DNA from: Shigella phage SSG23
Sequence record: PQ351811
Length of the DNA: 64,000 bases
Reading direction: 5' to 3' (one strand)
Positions 1 to 7,554 of the stretch are shown here, piece by piece; position 1 is the stretch's first letter; each line of letters starts with the position of its first letter. The position numbers and the translations under genes were made by a program. Under the pieces are notes generated by a model. The model made no database searches, was not told the origin of the DNA, and saw nothing but the letters and a program-made list of their open reading frames with translations.

Positions 1-2
1 AA

Positions 3-26
3 AGGGGGCTTTAAAGCCCCCTTTTC
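3..26 (+). terminator. rho-independent terminator ending a gene upstream of the window
   Basis: inverted repeat agggggct/agccccct followed by tttt. Confidence 0.55.
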
Positions 27-49
27 ATCCAACTATTGAGGATAATACT

Positions 50-355
50 ATGAAAGATATTACTTTTGAGTTTACCCGCGAAATTCTCCCAATGCTTCGA
101 AAGTCTCTACTTAAGCTAGAGAACAGTAATTATGATGTATATTTTTACATCACCGAAGACCTAGAGATCCTTTACGCTGATTATCCAGGTCCGATCCGTA
201 CCTTCGAAACCGCATCAAAATATAAAAATGTGCACGGTCACACGCACTGGTTACGAGAAAATTCAGTCAAGAAAGCACGCGTTAAAGTGATTGCGATTGA
301 CGTAACGCCGGAACATGCCGACCAGATTGCACAGAATGATTATCTGTCTAAATGA
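50..355 (+). CDS. hypothetical early protein (101 aa)
   Basis: ATG start with SD gagga upstream; terminator directly downstream; no recognisable motif. Confidence 0.6.
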   Translation: MKDITFEFTREILPMLRKSLLKLENSNYDVYFYITEDLEILYADYPGPIRTFETASKYKNVHGHTHWLRENSVKKARVKVIAIDVTPEHADQIAQNDYLSK

Positions 356-362
356 TTTTATT

Positions 363-387
363 AGCCGACCTTAGTGTCGGCTTTTTA
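363..387 (+). terminator. rho-independent terminator
   Basis: hairpin agccgac-ctta-gtgtcggct followed by ttttt. Confidence 0.65.
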
Positions 388-410
388 TTGCATAAAATTT
401 TAAAAAGTCA

Positions 411-439
411 TTGACACCAGAACACACCTATAGCATAAT
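411..439 (+). promoter_or_regulatory. PeSL-like early sigma70 promoter (TTGACA, 17-nt spacer, CATAAT) with conserved leader
   Basis: ttgaca 411-416, cataat 434-439, then cacacatcgaaacga..aggagaatcaaa leader shared with other copies. Confidence 0.65.
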
Positions 440-479
440 ACACACATCGAAACGAGATACTACTTAGGAGAATCAAACA

Positions 480-749
480 ATGGCACTGACTAAAACCACT
501 ACCAACTTTGCAAAACGCCACGGCTTCGACCTTGAAATCAACAGCTTTAATGATTACACTCTTCTGTGTGTATATGAAATCGAAAATGATTGCGAGTGGA
601 TGTTCAGCTATCGCGTAAACGAAGACGGGTCTTTCACTTGGAACGGAAATATCTATCTTGCGCAGGAAGTAAAAGAAGAACTTCCAGCGACTATCAAAGA
701 TGAGAAGCATTTACGTCAAGTTTTAAAATTTATTTCTGAAAATATCTAA
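480..749 (+). CDS. hypothetical early protein (89 aa)
   Basis: ORF behind PeSL-like promoter and SD aggaga. Confidence 0.65.
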   Translation: MALTKTTTNFAKRHGFDLEINSFNDYTLLCVYEIENDCEWMFSYRVNEDGSFTWNGNIYLAQEVKEELPATIKDEKHLRQVLKFISENI

Positions 750-756
750 AAAGTTG

Positions 757-785
757 TTGACACCAAAGTAAGAACATAGCATAAT
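757..785 (+). promoter_or_regulatory. PeSL-like early sigma70 promoter
   Basis: ttgaca 757-762, cataat 780-785, leader tacacccataccgaaacga. Confidence 0.65.
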
Positions 786-818
786 ACACCCATACCGAAA
801 CGAACTGGAGAGTCAAAA

Positions 819-1100
819 ATGAAATTCATCAAAGCAACCGAGATCCTGAACAACAAAGAAGCGTACATTGGCAACATCGTTGGTATGAACATTCGCGGCG
901 CTGGTAGCCAGTGGACCAAACTGGTTGATGTTAAAGCTAAAGGCGATAAAATCGAGTTCACTGTAAAAATGCTTACTCATAACGCACATATGGGTATCAA
1001 GACAAAAACGATGGCAGCAGATAAAAGCATCAACTATCAAGATCTGGGCGATTGGCTGAACTGGTGCAAAATGTACAATATCGAAACTAATCACGAATAA
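819..1100 (+). CDS. hypothetical early protein (93 aa)
   Basis: ORF behind PeSL-like promoter; SD ggagag. Confidence 0.65.
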   Translation: MKFIKATEILNNKEAYIGNIVGMNIRGAGSQWTKLVDVKAKGDKIEFTVKMLTHNAHMGIKTKTMAADKSINYQDLGDWLNWCKMYNIETNHE

Positions 1101-1113
1101 TTTTAAAAAGTTG

Positions 1114-1142
1114 TTGACGGGGATCGGGAGATCCCCTATAAT
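1114..1142 (+). promoter_or_regulatory. PeSL-like early promoter with spacer hairpin
   Basis: ttgacg 1114-1119, palindrome ggggatcgggagatcccc in spacer, tataat 1137-1142. Confidence 0.65.
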
Positions 1143-1175
1143 GCACACATACCGAAACGAAATAGGAGAATCAAA

Positions 1176-1343
1176 ATGTTCGAGACTAAAGCAGCATGTG
1201 AAGCATATATCATTGAAACCCACGGCGAAGATTATCTGAAATTTGACATTGTAGTAGCACAGAAGATTGTAGGGATGGTTGCGAAATACCTCGGAGTTAA
1301 AGAAGGTTACTATCCTAGCAACGCACCAGAAATTAACAAATAA
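1176..1343 (+). CDS. hypothetical small early protein (55 aa), not in ORF track
   Basis: ATG 1176 after leader aggagaatcaaa; stop taa 1341-1343; sits between two promoter cassettes. Confidence 0.55.
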   Translation: MFETKAACEAYIIETHGEDYLKFDIVVAQKIVGMVAKYLGVKEGYYPSNAPEINK

Positions 1344-1357
1344 TTTTATAAAAAGTG

Positions 1358-1386
1358 TTGACAGGGGAGGATAACTCCCCTACAAT
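1358..1386 (+). promoter_or_regulatory. PeSL-like early promoter with spacer hairpin
   Basis: ttgaca 1358-1363, palindrome ggggaggataactcccc, tacaat 1381-1386. Confidence 0.65.
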
Positions 1387-1426
1387 ACAACCATCAAGAC
1401 GAGATACCACTTAGGAGAATCAAACA

Positions 1427-1678
1427 ATGGCTAACATCGAAACCGCAAAGAAAATCGCTAAAGACCTGAACGTTAAAGGCTTCCGTAAACTGAAATTACA
1501 GCGTGTACGCTACACCGTCGGCAAACAGTGCTCTTTCATGAGCGAAGAAGTTGCTAACAGCCTCATTGATAACCTTATTGCGGCTGGCTGGGAAGTTGCG
1601 GATCTGAAAACTTGCCGCGAACTGGCTAACAAAGGTCTTTTAGATTCTGTTACTATCAAACCAATGGGGGCAGCGTGA
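1427..1678 (+). CDS. hypothetical early protein (83 aa)
   Basis: ORF behind PeSL-like promoter; SD aggaga. Confidence 0.65.
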   Translation: MANIETAKKIAKDLNVKGFRKLKLQRVRYTVGKQCSFMSEEVANSLIDNLIAAGWEVADLKTCRELANKGLLDSVTIKPMGAA

Positions 1679-1920
1679 AAAGAAAATTAATTAAACGAAA
1701 TAAGGAATTGTTGAATAACTGCATTAAGGACGCTAATGGTTGGCCTTTGTTCCTCTTCCTTTATGATCGACATTCTAAACAATCGGCTGAGGAAGCACGA
1801 CACTATAAGAAGATCAGAAAAGAATCATATACAAAACAAGGACGCATTAACGGAATTTACTTAATGTGGCACGGCAAAGAACCTTCTAAAATCTGTGTTG
1901 GGTTAAAGGGGCGTATATGA
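1675..1920 (+). CDS. hypothetical protein (81 aa), GTG start overlapping upstream stop
   Basis: only a GTG start is available (GTGA overlap), ggggg upstream; basic protein; translationally coupled position. Confidence 0.35.
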   Translation: MKRKLIKRNKELLNNCIKDANGWPLFLFLYDRHSKQSAEEARHYKKIRKESYTKQGRINGIYLMWHGKEPSKICVGLKGRI

Positions 1921-2633
1921 AACAAAAATTAATATTCTGCAACTTTGACGGATCGGGGATAATGGGGCTAGAATGGGCTAAAGCAGGTCATAAGGTGATC
2001 TGCTTTAATGCGGATGACGCCGACCACGGTACATACAAAAAGTATAATACCAGATTTGAACATCCAAACATTACCTATGTAAACACCTGGATTGATTTGA
2101 ACTGGCTGGAAAGAGCAATGGACCTTGAATGGGGGAAACCGGATATTATATTTGCATTCCCACCTTGCACCAATTTAGCTGTTAGTGGCGCTGCACACTT
2201 TGAACGAAAGAAAAGAGAGCAAGGACCATTAATTCAAGTTCATGATGTAAGGGCAGCTAAAATAACAGCTTATTTGGGCGAATGGTTAGGAGTTCCCTAC
2301 ATGATAGAGAATCCTGTAAGCGTTATCTCTAGCATGTGGCGTAAGCCTGATTACATGTTCCACCCGTGGGAATATGGCGGTTATTTGCCGGAAAATGATA
2401 TACATCCTACGTTTCCTGAGTATATTGCCGCCCGTGATATGTACCCGAAAAAGACTTGCTTATGGACCGGACAAGGCTTTATAATGCCAGAAAAGAAACC
2501 GTTGCCGATTAATAAAGGGTACAGTAAACAGCATTCTAAGCTAGGCGGGAAAGGAACCAGAACAAAGACTATCAGGTCACTTACCCCGCGAGGATTCGCA
2601 AAGGCAGTATTTGAAGCCAATAAGGATCTATGA
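1917..2633 (+). CDS. C5-cytosine methyltransferase-like protein (238 aa)
   Basis: motifs in C5-MTase order: FCNFDGSG (motif I-like), FPPCTNLAVSG (PC motif with catalytic Cys), MIENP (ENV-like); short region after the ENV motif. Confidence 0.5.
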   Translation: MKQKLIFCNFDGSGIMGLEWAKAGHKVICFNADDADHGTYKKYNTRFEHPNITYVNTWIDLNWLERAMDLEWGKPDIIFAFPPCTNLAVSGAAHFERKKREQGPLIQVHDVRAAKITAYLGEWLGVPYMIENPVSVISSMWRKPDYMFHPWEYGGYLPENDIHPTFPEYIAARDMYPKKTCLWTGQGFIMPEKKPLPINKGYSKQHSKLGGKGTRTKTIRSLTPRGFAKAVFEANKDL

Positions 2634-2962
2634 TGAGATTGTTTAAGTATTCGCTAACGTCAAATTATGACAAACAAGGTCATTGTATCCGTTGCCCTGA
2701 TTGCCATAGTCATAACATCGAAAGCAAGATCCGTGATCATATTGATGGACTTTGGTCGCCAGCAAGCGAGATAGAATACTATTGCGCTGATTGCGGAATT
2801 GTAGTAGCATATTGGGCATACGGATCATATGATCCCTACTTCCAGATGGGAGAGCGTTCAATCCCTGCGCTTATCTGGAGAATTAAGAACAATATCCGCC
2901 ATTCATGGGATGAGTTCTTAAAAGATATTGATTTACGTGATGATCCATTCAGGAGACTATAA
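2630..2962 (+). CDS. zinc-ribbon protein (110 aa), possibly HNH-like
   Basis: CxxCxxC..H..H then CxxC in translation; ATGA overlap with upstream gene. Confidence 0.55.
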   Translation: MMRLFKYSLTSNYDKQGHCIRCPDCHSHNIESKIRDHIDGLWSPASEIEYYCADCGIVVAYWAYGSYDPYFQMGERSIPALIWRIKNNIRHSWDEFLKDIDLRDDPFRRL

Positions 2963-2963
2963 C

Positions 2964-3482
2964 ATGAACCGTTTGACGCCTAAACGCCGTTACTATACCA
3001 ATACTAAAAACTTTGTCATCTCTGTTTATGAGGCATGGTTAGAAGATGGCTATATCAACATGAACCCAGATTATCAGCGTCCTTTGGTATGGGACACCGA
3101 AAACAAACGTATGTTTATCGAGAACATGATTAATGACTTTCCGGTCGGCGCTATCGCAATGGCTAAGATTGATGATGGCTCTCGCTATGAAATCGAAATC
3201 GTGGACGGCAAACAGCGTTTAAACGCAATATTCTCATTCATGAAGGATGAGTTTAGCATTGCGGGTAATGATGATTCTATGCTGTATTACAGCGATTTTA
3301 CGCCAGCAGAAAAGCGACGTTTCCGCAATCTAGGACTACCAGCGATCATGATGGAAGAGAGCACACGAGAAGATCGATTAGAATATTTCTACAAAACAAA
3401 CTTTTTCGGTGTGCCTCAATCAGAAGATCATCGCCAGCATGTGATTGCCCTATTGCAAGATGAGCAATTAAAAAATAACTAA
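2964..3482 (+). CDS. DUF262 (ParB-like / GmrS N-terminal type) domain protein
   Basis: PDYQRPLVW and IVDGKQRL motifs; start moved to ATG 2964 with SD aggaga 7 nt upstream. Confidence 0.6.
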   Translation: MNRLTPKRRYYTNTKNFVISVYEAWLEDGYINMNPDYQRPLVWDTENKRMFIENMINDFPVGAIAMAKIDDGSRYEIEIVDGKQRLNAIFSFMKDEFSIAGNDDSMLYYSDFTPAEKRRFRNLGLPAIMMEESTREDRLEYFYKTNFFGVPQSEDHRQHVIALLQDEQLKNN

Positions 3483-3489
3483 AAAGTTG

Positions 3490-3519
3490 TTGACAGGGGA
3501 TCATCGATCCCCCTATAAT
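3490..3519 (+). promoter_or_regulatory. PeSL-like early promoter with spacer hairpin
   Basis: ttgaca 3490-3495, palindrome ggggatcatcgatcccc, tataat 3514-3519. Confidence 0.65.
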
Positions 3520-3551
3520 GCACACATACCGAAACGAAAGGAGAATCAAAC

Positions 3552-3731
3552 ATGAAACACTTAACCATCGAATCAGCAATCATCGCAATCGCTAAAGTTC
3601 AAGCGGCTTATAATTGCACTGACCTTGAAGCAATTTCAAAAATGCAAGCGGCAGCAGCAAAAGCGGGTGATGAAAAATCTTTAGATGTTCTCTGCGAAAT
3701 CAAATCAGAATTAATTTCAAAAATGTTCTAA
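3552..3731 (+). CDS. hypothetical small early protein (59 aa), not in ORF track
   Basis: ATG 3552 after leader aggagaatcaaac; stop taa 3729-3731. Confidence 0.55.
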   Translation: MKHLTIESAIIAIAKVQAAYNCTDLEAISKMQAAAAKAGDEKSLDVLCEIKSELISKMF

Positions 3732-3737
3732 AAGTTG

Positions 3738-3766
3738 TTGACACGCGATAGGGTGTATAGCATAAT
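3738..3766 (+). promoter_or_regulatory. PeSL-like early promoter
   Basis: ttgaca 3738-3743, cataat 3761-3766, leader tacacccataccgaaaca. Confidence 0.65.
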
Positions 3767-3806
3767 ACACCCATACCGAAACACGAACCACTAAGGAGTA
3801 TCAAAA

Positions 3807-4019
3807 ATGGCTAACATCGAAATCATCATCACCGACGTAACTTATGACCGCATCAACGAAATCGGTACTGCATTACTAGAAGATGGAACAACCCGCACCA
3901 TCAACTATGCAGAATACGTTGAAATGCGCGGTTGTATTAAACGAGTAGGAAAATACATCCTGATTGAAAAAGACTATTCAGGATACACATTAGAGCAATT
4001 ACTTGCTGGTGCATTATAA
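3807..4019 (+). CDS. hypothetical early protein (70 aa)
   Basis: ORF behind PeSL-like promoter; SD aaggag. Confidence 0.6.
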   Translation: MANIEIIITDVTYDRINEIGTALLEDGTTRTINYAEYVEMRGCIKRVGKYILIEKDYSGYTLEQLLAGAL

Positions 4020-4022
4020 TTT

Positions 4023-4046
4023 AAGGGGGCGTCAAGCCCCTTTTTC
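4023..4046 (+). terminator. rho-independent terminator
   Basis: aagggggc..gcccctt hairpin followed by ttttt. Confidence 0.6.
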
Positions 4047-4086
4047 ATAAATATAGGTTTATAGGTTATCAACTAGAGGATATAAA

Positions 4087-6138
4087 ATGTTTAACTTAGA
4101 AATCGACGATCTAATGATTGAATCTTTCGAGAAATGGCTGTTAACGGAAGAGGAAGAAAACTTTGGCAGCATTGCTCCGGTACAGTGCTTAAAGCCTAAA
4201 CAGAATCCAAAACAGCTTTTTGCAGTACAGACACGCGATAAAGATGTAATTGTCCGTCTTTGTAACTTCACCAACAAAACACCTAAAATTATTCGTGTTG
4301 GCGATAAAACCGCACACGTTGTACTGTGTGAAATGAACAAAAGCGGTCGTATTGTACAGCTTAAAAATGGTCTAGGCGATAACCCGATTGCAGTTATGGC
4401 AAGTGCTTTTGATGTGGTTATGGAAACAGCCCGTAAAGCGCAATTAGATGCTGTTATGTTCCGTTTTAACGTGTCCCGCATGAAAGGTAAAACCGAACTG
4501 GTTAAACGCGTTATAGAGCGTTTAGTGCGTCGTACTCCTAAGTTTGAAGTATTCCAGCAGGAAGTAATGACCAGCAAAAAGATCGCTTTGGTTGTTGTCA
4601 AGCGTCGCGGGATGGCGATTGATAAGATTAAAGGGATTAAACTTGATGAATCCTTGTTCACTAAAGTAGAAAGTGATTTAGGTGATCGCTGGGTATCTAA
4701 GGCTACTGGTGAATCTCTGACTAAAGATGAGGCGTATGCGGCTAGTCTTGTGTCGGAAGAAGAACGAAACGCGGAAGCAGAACAACGCGTAGCGGCTAAA
4801 TCTCGTTTGACTAAAGAAGAAATGCTGAAAACTCAAGCGACCTATAACGGTGATTATGTTAATCATCCAGAAAAAATTAACCTTAAACCGGAAGAGGATA
4901 TTACCGAAGCCGAACCTAAGAAACAGTTTAATACTCTGATCGATCGTCAAGCCTTAGAACGTTCAACCGCCCGTTCTTTGAATGATTGGACAAATGATAT
5001 TATCACTCGCTATGGTTTCATGCGTACTATTTTTGAAAGCGAAGCCGATGCAAAATACGCAGTAAGCGAACTGGTAAAAGTTCAGGATCAATATGATCCG
5101 TTGTCTGCGGAAGTTATCGCAGCATCAATCAAACGCTTAAAAGAAATCATGAATGAAGAAGTGTTTGAAAACAAGATCACCGCCCTAGCAATGGATCGCG
5201 TCGACCAGTCTATGCCAGCAGATGTAAAAGCTGAAATGCTGCGTAGTCACATCACGCAGATTAAAACCGATGCCCTACGTAATGTTGCTTCCGGTATGTT
5301 TGAAGCGATTGCAAGTAACATGGGTGAAATGATGGCAGATATTGATCTTGACCTGCCTGGCGCGGAAGGTTTTGTGTTGAGCGAATATGCGGATGCAGCA
5401 TACATCAATATGAACAACTTCCTAACCGACCGTAAGTTGGAAGAGTTTGACGGTATTGCAGACCCAGAAGAATTGGTCAAGATGTGTGATGCACTGGATA
5501 ATGCCTTCGCTAACTATGGTGTTAAACTTGATCCAGGTACTATCTTGTATCGTGGTATGGACTTCCGTTCTCAAATGTGGGAAACTGCACGTAAGCAAAA
5601 AGCGTTTTACTTTAAAAACTATGTAAGCACTTCCCTTGCACCTAATATTTTTGGTGGCTGGAATGCAAACGTGGCTAGTGCCGTTGCTGGTGTTGATTCT
5701 ATGGCGGGATCTCGCGGTGAAGGTGGCGCTAATGTTGCTTTCTCCATTGCTGGCGCGGAAAACATCCCTGTATTGCCAGTAGGTAACAAAGCATTTGCGT
5801 ACAAAGAATGCGAGATTTTACTTCCTCGCGGTGTTGTGTTATCCTTTGATACGGTAACTCGTGCTACGGCATCGACGGATTCACAAGAAACTTATTACAT
5901 TGAGGCACATATTATGAACAAAAATGAACTGGCAGCATTACAAGAATCTGGTGAGATGATCGCGGACGGTGATGCATTCATCCGTGAAGGTGTTGTTAAA
6001 CCTGCTTCTGACCTGTCTTTCTCCAGCTTCATTACCGAAGCTAAAACCGAACGTAAGAAAGCAGATAAGGCAACTCTACGTCAGCTTATCGCTGATCTGG
6101 TATCTGTAGACGCTATGCCAGATAAATTTAAAATGTAA
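4087..6138 (+). CDS. alt: Alt-like ADP-ribosyltransferase (683 aa)
   Basis: R-S-ExE motifs (YRGMDFR, YVSTSLAP, ECEILLPRG); T4 Alt is about this size; lies next to gene 54 as in T4. Confidence 0.8.
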   Translation: MFNLEIDDLMIESFEKWLLTEEEENFGSIAPVQCLKPKQNPKQLFAVQTRDKDVIVRLCNFTNKTPKIIRVGDKTAHVVLCEMNKSGRIVQLKNGLGDNPIAVMASAFDVVMETARKAQLDAVMFRFNVSRMKGKTELVKRVIERLVRRTPKFEVFQQEVMTSKKIALVVVKRRGMAIDKIKGIKLDESLFTKVESDLGDRWVSKATGESLTKDEAYAASLVSEEERNAEAEQRVAAKSRLTKEEMLKTQATYNGDYVNHPEKINLKPEEDITEAEPKKQFNTLIDRQALERSTARSLNDWTNDIITRYGFMRTIFESEADAKYAVSELVKVQDQYDPLSAEVIAASIKRLKEIMNEEVFENKITALAMDRVDQSMPADVKAEMLRSHITQIKTDALRNVASGMFEAIASNMGEMMADIDLDLPGAEGFVLSEYADAAYINMNNFLTDRKLEEFDGIADPEELVKMCDALDNAFANYGVKLDPGTILYRGMDFRSQMWETARKQKAFYFKNYVSTSLAPNIFGGWNANVASAVAGVDSMAGSRGEGGANVAFSIAGAENIPVLPVGNKAFAYKECEILLPRGVVLSFDTVTRATASTDSQETYYIEAHIMNKNELAALQESGEMIADGDAFIREGVVKPASDLSFSSFITEAKTERKKADKATLRQLIADLVSVDAMPDKFKM

Positions 6139-6155
6139 TTTTTAAGAAATAATGG

Positions 6156-6196
6156 TTGACTCAAACGGGGACTAGTTTTATACTAGCCCCGTTTTC
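6156..6196 (+). promoter_or_regulatory. terminator hairpin overlapping a sigma70-type promoter
   Basis: ttgact 6156-6161, tatact 6179-6184; hairpin cggggactagt/actagccccg followed by tttt. Confidence 0.55.
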
Positions 6197-6216
6197 TGTT
6201 ATATGGGAGGTTTAAA

Positions 6217-7041
6217 ATGTTCAAGAAATTACAGGATTTTCGCCTTTCAGAAGAATCACGCGAATCAATGATGGAACGTATGGATAATTACATCGAAACA
6301 TATGGCATTGAGGGGATTAATGGTTACATGATCACTGAAATGATCAGCGATCATATTAACTTTGATGATTACGTGAAAGTTATCCGTTTCCTTGAGCGCG
6401 AGACGCAAGATTATGGATTTGTCAAGAAGATCATTAATGTTATGTACGAAGTGCAATCCGAAGACTTTGGAGACAGTGTATTCAAGCATTATGGTCATAC
6501 CAATCTTACACCAGCAGAATATAATGCAATCTGTGATTATGTGTCTGAACAATACGAATGGGTAAATGGTGCTCTCTTAGGGGAAGAAGACATGACCGAC
6601 GAGATATCAGAAATTGTTGATTTGATGGATTGCGTCATGGATAAAACCGAAAAGTTAAACGGTACTCTTTATCGCGGTCAACATCTTGACATTCAGACAA
6701 TAGAGCGTATTATTGAAGATAAGGAATTTACATTTAAAAACTTTGTATCGACCAGCATGACACCGATCATCTTTGGAGGCTGGCTTTCAAACAGCACTAG
6801 CCTTTATTGTGAGAATCGATATGAATCAATGACCGGAAAGATGCAACATTCTTGTAATGTATCATGGGTAATTGACGTAAAAGATCATAAAGGTTTTGTT
6901 GTTGGGTCAATTGCATGGAATCCTTGCGAATGTGAAGTAATTTTACCGCGCGGGACTTGCATCAAGGTAAACGACGTAGTAGAATCTTTCGGCGATGAGA
7001 ATCGTAGACAATTTACAATTTTCGGTGAGGTGACTAAATGA
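6217..7041 (+). CDS. second ADP-ribosyltransferase, short Alt/Mod-like paralogue (274 aa)
   Basis: R-S-ExE motifs (LYRGQHLD, FVSTSMTP, ECEVILPRG); SD gggagg. Confidence 0.7.
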   Translation: MFKKLQDFRLSEESRESMMERMDNYIETYGIEGINGYMITEMISDHINFDDYVKVIRFLERETQDYGFVKKIINVMYEVQSEDFGDSVFKHYGHTNLTPAEYNAICDYVSEQYEWVNGALLGEEDMTDEISEIVDLMDCVMDKTEKLNGTLYRGQHLDIQTIERIIEDKEFTFKNFVSTSMTPIIFGGWLSNSTSLYCENRYESMTGKMQHSCNVSWVIDVKDHKGFVVGSIAWNPCECEVILPRGTCIKVNDVVESFGDENRRQFTIFGEVTK

Positions 7042-7523
7042 AAATGGTTAAACTGATTGGTCTTGCGGCTGCATTCATGCTTACTGGTTGTGCTAACATG
7101 GAAGCTATGATGAATGCTAAATCAGATCCGGTTTTCTTGCTTCGTGAATGTAAAGCAGCATATGCAAGCGATGATCAGATCGAATCATGCTTTATTTCTA
7201 AAATGGAACGTCGAGACGTGGATCGCGTTAAAGTTGGTTTAGCACCACAAACGCAGATGTTCAAAGATGCAATCAAAGAAGCGCGGGAAGAGAAAGCACG
7301 AGAAGAAAAGAAGCGTCAAGAAGAATTGCGCAAGCAACAAGAAGAGTCTATACAACTTGAGAAGATGAAAGCAAGGGATCGTTGTATTATCATGTCTGAC
7401 ATGCAGATAGAACAAGAAGCTAGAAAGGCAGCATTGAACGGTGATTATGACCGTTATGAAGAACTTAACAGCGCAGAGTTTCAAGCTAAGGCACTAAAAT
7501 ATTGCAATGATTTAGCAAAATAA
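7038..7523 (+). CDS. lipoprotein with charged coiled-coil region (161 aa)
   Basis: signal peptide with lipobox LTGC; KEAREEKAREEKKRQEELRKQQEE tract; ATGA overlap with upstream gene. Confidence 0.6.
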   Translation: MKMVKLIGLAAAFMLTGCANMEAMMNAKSDPVFLLRECKAAYASDDQIESCFISKMERRDVDRVKVGLAPQTQMFKDAIKEAREEKAREEKKRQEELRKQQEESIQLEKMKARDRCIIMSDMQIEQEARKAALNGDYDRYEELNSAEFQAKALKYCNDLAK

Positions 7524-7550
7524 AAAGGCGGGGATTATCCCCGCCTTTCG
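7524..7550. terminator. bidirectional terminator between convergent genes
   Basis: ggcggggattatccccgcc hairpin flanked by A-run and T-run. Confidence 0.65.
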
Positions 7551-7554
7551 CTTA

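Noticed and set aside
408-710. 100-aa ORF on the - strand overlapping the first early promoter cassette and the ORF at 480-749
   Set aside because: It would read through the promoter/leader cassette antisense; the + strand ORF has promoter, SD and spacing consistent with the other cassette genes.
2928-2963. Extended N-terminus (MIYVMIHSGDYN) of the DUF262 ORF as given in the ORF track
   Set aside because: It overlaps the upstream gene and lacks an SD, whereas ATG 2964 has aggaga 7 nt upstream and immediately follows the upstream stop.
403-3810. Possible CRISPR-like array, because of regularly repeated about 70-nt elements
   Set aside because: The repeats contain promoter hexamers and SD/ATG and the intervening sequences are protein-coding ORFs of varying length; this is a promoter cassette family, not a repeat-spacer array.
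4046-4086. Possible late promoter upstream of alt (cataaatatagg)
   Set aside because: The sequence is CATAAATA, one mismatch from the TATAAATA consensus; too weak to call without transcript data.
4059-4661. 200-aa ORF on the - strand inside alt; similar antisense ORFs at 28897-29550, 29698-30345, 35582-36187, 43093-43359, 51986-52402 and 57855-58058
   Set aside because: Each lies fully inside and antisense to a well-supported long gene, with low-complexity or Cys/Ser-rich translation and no promoter or SD context; treated as shadow ORFs.
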